Made by a program: the position numbers and the translations under genes
Origin: a virus
DNA length: 5,555 bases
Virus genome (UHGV): UHGV-1353861
Direction: 5' to 3' (one strand)
Part shown: positions 1 through 4,794 of the stretch, piece after piece
Layout of the letters: every line of letters begins with the position of its first letter
Numbering within the stretch: position 1 is the first letter of the stretch
Notes under the pieces: model-generated
What the model was told of the DNA's origin: nothing
Database searches by the model: none
The model's input: only the letters and a program-made list of their open reading frames with translations

Positions 1-383
1 TTTAATGTCTGCGGATCTTGAGTAATTAAAATAATATCTTTGTTCTGATGACCATGTGTTCTTAAATCCTTGATCATAGGATTTTGCGACATTTGCCCAT
101 TATCTTCATATTCAGGACGTTTATGAATCTCATCCATGAATATAATTGAGTTATTCGGTACATCACGCCAGTCAGCAGGTGCAGGCTTAATAAAATCACA
201 TTTATCAGCATGACCGTTAATGTCTGAATAAATCTCACGAACAATATCTTTTTCAGGATCAAACTTTCCTGAATCAATGCGCTTTTGTATTTCTAAATTT
301 TTTAAATGATAGTCATACGCCATTTTTACAGAAAACTGACTTTTGCCATGTCTAGGCTGACCGACAATCATATAAATAGCCAT
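1..383 (-). CDS. Zot / pI-family filamentous-phage assembly NTPase, N-terminal ~127 codons; the ORF runs off the window start
   Basis: The minus-strand translation from the ATG at 383..381 reads MAIYMIVGQPRHGKSQFSVKMAYDYHLKNLEIQKRIDSGKFDPEKDIVREIYSDINGHADKCDFIKPAPADWRDVPNNSIIFMDEIHKRPEYEDNGQMSQNPMIKDLRTHGHQNKDIILITQDPQTL. It carries a P-loop (GQPRHGKS), a Walker-B-like IIFMDE and an ILITQ sensor-like segment, all typical of Zot/pI N-terminal domains. The start overlaps the upstream stop as TAATG. The ORF is absent from the supplied track because it is still open at the window edge. Confidence 0.85.
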   Translation of the reverse strand, partial: MAIYMIVGQPRHGKSQFSVKMAYDYHLKNLEIQKRIDSGKFDPEKDIVREIYSDINGHADKCDFIKPAPADWRDVPNNSIIFMDEIHKRPEYEDNGQMSQNPMIKDLRTHGHQNKDIILITQDPQTL

Positions 384-670
384 TATTGAGCCCTACCAAA
401 AGAAATTTTATTAATCATGAGCGTTACTTTTAAAGTACATGCACCAACAATAATTGACAGTCCATAATCAATATTGGCTAGAGAAAGAATCTGTAAAACG
501 TCAGCAGACATTCGCCCCCACTCAGTTTGAGCGTATCCAATAAGTTGTTGAAACAAAGTCATAACAACAGCACTGGAGAAGATGCCAAGCCCTAGACCTT
601 TCAAAACTGTTTTACCGAACTTGCTTAATGTCCAGTCTGCAACTGATACGAGAATTGCTTTTAAGCTCAT
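383..670 (-). CDS. pVI-like minor coat / membrane protein (95 aa)
   Basis: This is a 95-aa hydrophobic protein with several predicted TM segments. It sits between the pIII-like and pI-like genes, as gene VI does in Ff phages. Its ATG at 670..668 overlaps the pIII stop as ATGA, and its stop overlaps the pI start as TAATG, which suggests translational coupling. The call rests on position and hydropathy only. Confidence 0.55.
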   Translation of the reverse strand: MSLKAILVSVADWTLSKFGKTVLKGLGLGIFSSAVVMTLFQQLIGYAQTEWGRMSADVLQILSLANIDYGLSIIVGACTLKVTLMINKISFGRAQ

Positions 671-2022
671 ATTTCACCATCCTCGCCCTTACGACCCACA
701 CCAACAATAATCAATGCACCGGAAAGAAATCCAATAAGCGGTGCAACAAAAGACCATTTATCAGCTAACTGACAAATTGGCTCATAACTAATTTCTGTTT
801 CTCCACCAGTACCGATATTAATAGAAACTGGAATAGGTGCAGGACAGCCGGGAACACCTTTGAAAGTTGATGTATCTAAAGCACCAATATCTATTTCCTT
901 GATTTCAGGAGGATCATTATCAGAATCTTCAATTTCATCATTTTTTGCCCAATCTTTGGCTTCTGCCCAAGCTTCGGAAATTGATGTTTCCCATTCTTCA
1001 GCTTTTGAATTAGCTGTTTCCCACCACTCAGTTAATGTATTCGGAAAAGTAATAACGGTTTGAGCAGCTTCACAAATAGTTGGTGCCCAATTACAAAAAA
1101 TAGGAAATGTTAGAGAAAGATCAGTAGCTTCGGGATTTGCTTCATTTGGCTTTGCTTCTCCTTGCGCTTCATTGGCTTTTTCAGCTTCGGCAGCATCGGC
1201 AGGCTTTGTAGTTGCATTGGCTTCTGCTTGTGAAGCAATAGGACGTGCTTTAGCATCATCTTTTTCAGCTTCTGCAACAATATCAGCAGCAGCGGCAGTA
1301 GTAGCAGCTTGAGCAGCAGTATCACCGCCAGCAGCATTTGAAATTACTTTTTGTGCAACAACATCAAGAGGGATGGATTTTTCTTTATCTTTTTCAGCAG
1401 TAGGATCATAAGCAGGATTAGCAAGCCTAGAGCCTTCATTTGATCGCATTGGTGAACCATTTGCAGTTAAGTTACACCAGAAGTAACTTGTTCTATCTTG
1501 AGTAGTATCAACCTTATAAACAGTAGAACCGAGTGTATTTAAAGCAGTTACAAGCGCAGAACAAGCAGCCGATGGAGAATCAGCTTTTACAGATTTACCA
1601 AATTGACTAATTGAATATATATATTGATCAGTTGGATCAATAGAGCCATCAGAAGCAGACGGATCAGAATATTTAATCTGATTATTAGCAGGATCAAGAA
1701 CCCAATCTACAGAACCTAGCAATTGCTCAACAGCTACAGACAAAGCATAACCAGCAGCACCACGCGCAAGAACTTTAGCAACACTGGTAGCCGTTGGAGT
1801 AATTTTTACTGATGATTCTTTTATAAATTTTTTGCCATTAATGACAACATTTTTTGTAGCGTCATAAACACTAGAAGCACCTTGAGCGACTGGATTCTTT
1901 AGTTCCCAGCCACCGACAGCAGCATGAGCTGTATTTGTAAAAAATAGAGAGTAAACGAGAAGAATTGAGATTATTTTTCTTAGAAAAGTTTTGATCCAAC
2001 GATGATCCACATGATTATGCAT
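667..2022 (-). CDS. pIII-like minor coat / adsorption protein (451 aa)
   Basis: The N-terminus has a signal peptide (MHNHVDHRWIKTFLRKIISILLVYSLFFTNTAHA|AVGG). A long Ala/Glu/Lys-rich low-complexity linker follows the N-terminal domains. A C-terminal membrane anchor (FVAPLIGFLSGALIIVGVG) is followed by a short charged tail. The gene is immediately downstream of the major coat gene. A strong SD (AGGGG) lies 7 nt upstream of the ATG. Confidence 0.7.
   Translation of the reverse strand: MHNHVDHRWIKTFLRKIISILLVYSLFFTNTAHAAVGGWELKNPVAQGASSVYDATKNVVINGKKFIKESSVKITPTATSVAKVLARGAAGYALSVAVEQLLGSVDWVLDPANNQIKYSDPSASDGSIDPTDQYIYSISQFGKSVKADSPSAACSALVTALNTLGSTVYKVDTTQDRTSYFWCNLTANGSPMRSNEGSRLANPAYDPTAEKDKEKSIPLDVVAQKVISNAAGGDTAAQAATTAAAADIVAEAEKDDAKARPIASQAEANATTKPADAAEAEKANEAQGEAKPNEANPEATDLSLTFPIFCNWAPTICEAAQTVITFPNTLTEWWETANSKAEEWETSISEAWAEAKDWAKNDEIEDSDNDPPEIKEIDIGALDTSTFKGVPGCPAPIPVSINIGTGGETEISYEPICQLADKWSFVAPLIGFLSGALIIVGVGRKGEDGEI
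1125..1410. repeat. GCW/GAA-rich trinucleotide low-complexity tract encoding the pIII Ala/Glu/Lys linker
   Basis: The tract contains runs such as gcagcagcggcagtagtagcagcttgagcagcag and repeated gcttctgcttg, gcttttgcttc and gcttcggcagcatcggc. Alternate frames of this tract produce the spurious L/K-rich 75-aa ORF 1110..1337 and the + ORF 860..1063. Confidence 0.6.
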
Positions 2023-2114
2023 ATATATGCCCCTAAACTTTCAATATCCATTTTCATTGATCTCACTGGAGAAGGCGAAAGCCCCTAAAAATATAAGGGC
2101 TTATCACCGATTTG

Positions 2115-2384
2115 TTACATTGCTGAACGTGCCCATTTGAATACTTTGATTACAACAACCAAAGACAAAACAGCCAGTCCGATTGCTGAAACAGTGGTCA
2201 CTCCATCTGTAATAGCGCCAACAACTGAAGAAACATCAATTTCAGCAGCGTTTGCATTGGTTACAAGTGCAGCAGATACAGCAGCCCCCAAACCATACTT
2301 TTTAACAGCAGCCATAAAATTTTTACGATTACCATAAGTTTTATTCATAGCATCATTTACTTGGTCTTGCGTTAAGTGATCCAT
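2115..2384 (-). CDS. Major coat protein precursor (pVIII-like), 89-aa ORF; mature protein about 43 aa
   Basis: The C-terminal 43 aa (AEIDVSSVVGAITDGVTTVSAIGLAVLSLVVVIKVFKWARSAM) have the classic major-coat layout: acidic N-terminus, hydrophobic helix, basic C-terminus. They are preceded by a signal-like MAAVKKYGLGAAVSAALVTNANA with an AxA cleavage site. The strong SD AAGGGG 7 nt upstream belongs to the first ATG at 2384. Alternative internal starts at 2348 (MNKTY) and 2315 (MAAVKK) cannot be excluded. Confidence 0.8.
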   Translation of the reverse strand: MDHLTQDQVNDAMNKTYGNRKNFMAAVKKYGLGAAVSAALVTNANAAEIDVSSVVGAITDGVTTVSAIGLAVLSLVVVIKVFKWARSAM

Positions 2385-2399
2385 GAGGATTCCCCTTAT

Positions 2400-2582
2400 T
2401 TATTTGAGTGCTTTAATGCACATTCTGATAACAAACACCGTTGCAAACACAAGTAGACATGCAAAGCCTATGGCATTACCCTCTACCAGTGTCAGTTTCG
2501 GCAATAAAGTAGGTGGAACCATTTCCACCCACTCAAGGCATTGGTTTGTTGTAATTTCGACGTTTTGACAGACCAATGCCAT
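2400..2582 (-). CDS. Small single-TM protein (60 aa), possible pVII/pIX-type minor virion protein or second coat-like protein
   Basis: The protein has a hydrophilic N-terminus, one TM (AIGFACLLVFATVFVI) and a basic tail (RMCIKALK), which is coat-like topology. It lies between ssb and the coat gene, where Ff phages carry genes VII and IX. Its stop is 15 nt before the coat ATG. The RBS is weak and the start is directly after a terminator hairpin, so confidence is low. Confidence 0.35.
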   Translation of the reverse strand: MALVCQNVEITTNQCLEWVEMVPPTLLPKLTLVEGNAIGFACLLVFATVFVIRMCIKALK

Positions 2583-2597
2583 TTCTTAAAGTCCAAT

Positions 2598-2622
2598 GAA
2601 AAAAACCTGTATTAAGACAGGT
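2598..2622 (-). terminator. Intrinsic terminator / attenuator after the ssb gene
   Basis: On the minus strand there is a hairpin ACCTGT-cttaat-ACAGGT (6-bp stem, 2622..2605) followed by TTTTTTT (2604..2598). The ssb stop codon TAA (2614..2612) lies in the loop. Confidence 0.5.
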
Positions 2623-2848
2623 CTTGAGAAGAAAAAATTAAAGAATTATTACGTTGATGAAGTTTTAACTGAGGAAGCGTTTCACCTGAATCAGCAAGAG
2701 CCATCAAAGTGGCAGAATCTTGTGCTTTATCAGGATTAATATATTTTCTTACTGTTTCTTGTACTTCTACAAAAAAATAAGGTGTAACACCATCTTTTTT
2801 AAAGCCTTTTTTTACTTGAGCTTGCTCAACAATAGTAATCATTGACAT
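2612..2848 (-). CDS. gV-like ssDNA-binding protein (78 aa)
   Basis: The N-terminus MSMITIVEQAQVKKGFKKDGVTPYFF follows the pattern of the M13 gV N-terminus (..VEIKPSQAQFTTRSGVSRQGKPYSL..). Size and position (first gene after rep) also fit. The SD AAAGGT is 8 nt upstream. The C-terminal half is less obviously gV-like. Confidence 0.5.
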   Translation of the reverse strand: MSMITIVEQAQVKKGFKKDGVTPYFFVEVQETVRKYINPDKAQDSATLMALADSGETLPQLKLHQRNNSLIFSSQDLS

Positions 2849-2881
2849 TTTTAGTACCTTTTTTCATTTATACGGTTAATA

Positions 2882-2944
2882 AATTAGTACAATTAGTATG
2901 TTGTCATGTTTTCATGTTGTCAATACAGCAAGTCAACAAGTTGA
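2882..2944. promoter_or_regulatory. Cluster of operator-like repeats in the rep-ssb gap
   Basis: The cluster holds a tandem AATTAGTAY x2 (2882-2899), a direct repeat ATGTTGTCA x2 (2899-2907 and 2914-2922) and a palindrome TCAAC-AA-GTTGA (2933-2944). All lie between the divergent starts of the ssb gene and the + strand 62-aa ORF. Confidence 0.4.
2895..2923 (-). promoter_or_regulatory. Candidate sigma70 promoter for the ssb/structural operon
   Basis: On the minus strand there is a perfect -35 TTGACA (2923..2918), a 17-nt spacer and a -10-like CATACT (2900..2895). This is about 45 nt upstream of the ssb ATG. Confidence 0.4.
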
Positions 2945-2985
2945 TAAAATATTTGTAGTTGTTTTTTTAAAAGGTTGAAATATAA

Positions 2986-3174
2986 ATGATTTCTGCATAC
3001 CTTCGGATTAAAAAAGACGAAGAAAAAGCATTGATGAATCTGTCACAAGAAGTAAACAGACAAAGATTGGATTTAAATCTCGGAGTTATAAAAGAAAGTG
3101 AAATTTTGCACGAGCTAATTAAACAAGCCTTTAAAAAAGCCCATGCAAAAAAAGGAGAAATTAAGCTAGATTAA
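2986..3174 (+). CDS. Putative ribbon-helix-helix (Arc/CopG-like) DNA-binding protein, 62 aa; only plausible + strand gene
   Basis: The N-terminus alternates polar and hydrophobic residues (SAYLRIK), consistent with an RHH beta-strand. It is followed by helix A, an NLG turn and helix B (VIKESEILHELIKQAFKKAH), which resembles the Arc C-terminus (NSEIYQRVMESFKKEG). The ORF fills an otherwise noncoding 310-nt gap and overlaps the rep 3' end convergently by 14 nt. The RBS is weak (AAGG with a 12-nt spacing). This is a by-eye fold assignment only. Confidence 0.35.
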   Translation: MISAYLRIKKDEEKALMNLSQEVNRQRLDLNLGVIKESEILHELIKQAFKKAHAKKGEIKLD

Positions 3175-4462
3175 AGTTAATCACTGGAGGAGGTTCACAA
3201 GCATCTGCAAAACGCGGGACAGAAATATCCATGTTGTTTATTTCCTCCAATATCAAAATCTCATATTCAGCAAGAGAATTAATAAGAACATCAGCAGATC
3301 CATTACCTAAAACACCGTTTAATTTATCTTGAGTAATACAATCTAAAAACTGAGCACGTTTTTTATATTTACAAAGAAGATGAAAAGCCAAATCTTCAAT
3401 ATTTGTTAAAAATTCAGCTTCATCTAAAGTTGAATCAGCAATTTCATCATCTGAAATATCTTTAATTGAAAAAGCATGTTTAAGACCACGAGAAAACACA
3501 AGCTGTCTAGCACCCTTAAAAGCAATCGCAAATTCTTGAAATAGTTTTGATGGAAGTTTATTTTCAAAAATAACTTCATCTTTTTCCGATAGCCTAAGCA
3601 GATCAAAAGGGGTAAAAGTTTCACGACCTTTTTTTACATGCCCTTTAGTCATTTCATGCTCAATGCCCCATTTGCCAACGTATTGATCAGCATATGTTCC
3701 ATCTCTAAAATCACAGGCTATAAATTTTTCTTCTTCTTTGACTTTTCGAATACCGACAGCAGCTAGCGATGCTCTCCAGTGATCAGCCATAACTTCATGG
3801 AGTGCAGAAAATTCATGAATAGATAAATATTTATCTGAAAATACTAAAATGTGATGGTGAGGATGCCAACCATTAGACCCGTATGTAACTTCATAGTTGG
3901 TGATGTGAAAACGCTTGCCTAGCATGTGATCAAAGATATAACGACCTTTACGATCAGAGAAAAACTTCTTCATAGCTTCTTTTTGTTTTTCGCGGAGAGT
4001 AGACAAGCGATCTTGAGCATAATGGGGATTTGTTAAGGTGATTAGATATGTATAGCCTTTAACATGTTCCTCAACAAAACGCGGTGCGCCTACAAATGTT
4101 TTCGATTGTTCTACTGGAGAGTAGAGAGTAATCCCATTTTTCCAGCGTTCATTAATGGTAGCTAATTCTAAACGTCTTTTTTCAGTAATCTTTTTTGCAC
4201 AGACAGGACAAACCCAAACAGATCCACATCGGATAACGTTTCCAAAATGCGCTTTTTTAGTTGATTCATTCCAACAAACATTAACTAATTCAGACTTATT
4301 AATTTTGCGCTTTAGACAATATTTAACGCGGAATTTATGTTGAAGTAATTTTGACGCTTGATCTTGTAAAAGGTAGTCAGTGAGCCGCTTTTGATCTATT
4401 GCGGAGTGAGATTTCGTAAGTATACCAAGAGACCCAAAAATTTGACTTACAGTGTTATTCAT
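3161..4462 (-). CDS. Rolling-circle replication initiator (pII-like / phage CRI-type Rep), 433 aa
   Basis: All three rolling-circle (RCR) motifs are present: motif I YLITLT, motif II HUH (GWHPHHHILVF), and motif III with two tyrosines spaced Y-x3-Y (TYADQYVGKWG). There is also an N-terminal Cys4 zinc-ribbon-like segment (VCW..IRCGSVWVCPVCAKK). This is the largest ORF and sits next to the intergenic hairpins. Confidence 0.9.
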   Translation of the reverse strand: MNNTVSQIFGSLGILTKSHSAIDQKRLTDYLLQDQASKLLQHKFRVKYCLKRKINKSELVNVCWNESTKKAHFGNVIRCGSVWVCPVCAKKITEKRRLELATINERWKNGITLYSPVEQSKTFVGAPRFVEEHVKGYTYLITLTNPHYAQDRLSTLREKQKEAMKKFFSDRKGRYIFDHMLGKRFHITNYEVTYGSNGWHPHHHILVFSDKYLSIHEFSALHEVMADHWRASLAAVGIRKVKEEEKFIACDFRDGTYADQYVGKWGIEHEMTKGHVKKGRETFTPFDLLRLSEKDEVIFENKLPSKLFQEFAIAFKGARQLVFSRGLKHAFSIKDISDDEIADSTLDEAEFLTNIEDLAFHLLCKYKKRAQFLDCITQDKLNGVLGNGSADVLINSLAEYEILILEEINNMDISVPRFADACEPPPVINFNLA

Positions 4463-4498
4463 TTATAATGCCTATATGTGTTCGCAGTACACAGATCC

Positions 4499-4531
4499 AA
4501 AAAACCCCGCCCGCCAAGTTGGGGTTTTTTT
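4499..4531. terminator. Bidirectional intrinsic-terminator-like hairpin; also predicted to form the 5' stem-loop of rep mRNA
   Basis: The sequence is AAAAAACCCC-gcccgccaagtt-GGGGTTTTTTT. A G/C stem is flanked by an A-run on one side and a T-run on the other, so either strand reads as hairpin plus U-tract. It lies about 200 nt downstream of the pI stop and about 35 nt upstream of the rep ATG. Confidence 0.5.
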
Positions 4532-4541
4532 CTGTCTAATG

Positions 4542-4571
4542 ATTTTGATGTTTTGTTGTCATATTGTCAAT
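4542..4571 (-). promoter_or_regulatory. Candidate rep promoter sharing a conserved motif with the ssb promoter
   Basis: On the minus strand there is a perfect -35 TTGACA (4570..4565), a 17-nt spacer and a -10-like CAAAAT (4547..4542). The minus-strand motif ATTGACAATATGACAACA matches ATTGACAACATGA..ATGACAACA upstream of ssb. The predicted transcription start falls at the beginning of the 4531..4499 hairpin. Confidence 0.4.
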
Positions 4572-4578
4572 AAGAGAT

Positions 4579-4635
4579 AGACACAACGCTTCGCGTCGCT
4601 TGCGCGCCCTCAGCCGACCGCGTCGCGTTGTGTCT
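4579..4635. other. GC-rich perfect 11-bp inverted repeat (stem-loop), candidate packaging signal or replication origin hairpin
   Basis: AGACACAACGC (4579-4589) pairs with GCGTTGTGTCT (4625-4635). A further 4 bp (4592-4595 with 4619-4622) pair after a 2-nt bubble. The 35-nt spacer is about 75 percent GC in an otherwise AT-rich genome. It sits in the intergenic region between pI and rep, where inoviruses carry the morphogenetic signal and origins. Confidence 0.5.
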
Positions 4636-4675
4636 TAGTTTCATTGTTATCTCCAATGGCTATTATCATTCGACG

Positions 4676-4699
4676 AAAATGGGAACCCCAACCCATTTT
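4676..4699. other. Perfect 8-bp stem hairpin AAAATGGG-aaccccaa-CCCATTTT just downstream of the pI stop
   Basis: The hairpin is seen directly in the sequence. T or U runs flank it on both strands (CCCATTTTC on one, the complement on the other). It could be a terminator for the pI operon or an origin hairpin. Confidence 0.4.
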
Positions 4700-4705
4700 C
4701 TGGCT

Positions 4706-4794
4706 GCTCCCGATTAAAATCATAAGGGAGCTTTGTAATCAGAGAGGAGAAGTTTCAGGATTCGTTTGCATCGGTTCGGGAGCACTCCGCTCCC
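4706..4794. repeat. Four clustered copies of the hexamer GGGAGC / GCTCCC, arranged as two inverted pairs
   Basis: The copies are GCTCCC at 4706-4711, GGGAGC at 4726-4731 (inverted pair, 14-nt spacer), GGGAGC at 4778-4783 and GCTCCC at 4789-4794 (inverted pair, 5-nt spacer). The second pair lies inside the last codons of the pI gene. A GC-rich hexamer recurring four times within 90 nt of an AT-rich genome suggests protein-binding iterons or origin structure. Confidence 0.4.

Noticed and set aside
74-277. 67-aa minus-strand ORF with a TTG start
   Set aside because: It is an alternate frame inside the clearly Zot-like pI coding region. It has no ATG and is hydrophobic and low-complexity.
860-1337. 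+ ORF 860..1063 and L/K-rich minus ORF 1110..1337
   Set aside because: These are frame-shifted readings of the GCW/GAA repeat tract inside the pIII-like gene. The composition is an artefact.
2079-2102. Hairpin AAGCCC-12nt-GGGCTT between coat and pIII, possibly a terminator as after gene VIII in Ff
   Set aside because: The stem has only 5-6 bp with a 12-nt loop, and no U-tract follows on the coding strand. It is too weak to call.
2137-2568. + strand ORFs 2137..2337 (TTG start) and 2383..2568
   Set aside because: They are antisense to the coat and p60 genes and have no RBS. These are hydrophobic antisense artefacts.
3640-3660. Internal in-frame start (MTKGH..) in rep that could give a pX-like C-terminal product
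   Set aside because: The only SD-like element is a weak GAG. It cannot be supported from sequence alone.
4308-4335. dif-like similarity (TTATGTTGAAG resembling the XerD arm TTATGTTAAAT)
   Set aside because: It lies inside the rep coding sequence and the rest of the 28-mer does not fit a XerC arm. No convincing dif-like site was found in the noncoding regions either.
3424-4343. ORFs 3424..3624 (-) and 4155..4343 (+) inside rep
   Set aside because: They are alternate or antisense frames of the Rep gene, whose RCR motifs fix the real frame.
4463-4497. Possible LexA/Cheo-box (CGAACACATAT) or CTGT-N8-ACAG SOS box in the rep leader
   Set aside because: Only one half-site matches in either model. 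The TGTGT-N7-ACACA inverted repeat is real but too short to assign.
4660-4723. 36-codon minus ORF that starts at ATG 4723..4721, just after the pI stop
   Set aside because: There is no SD and the ORF spans structured noncoding DNA. It is most likely fortuitous.
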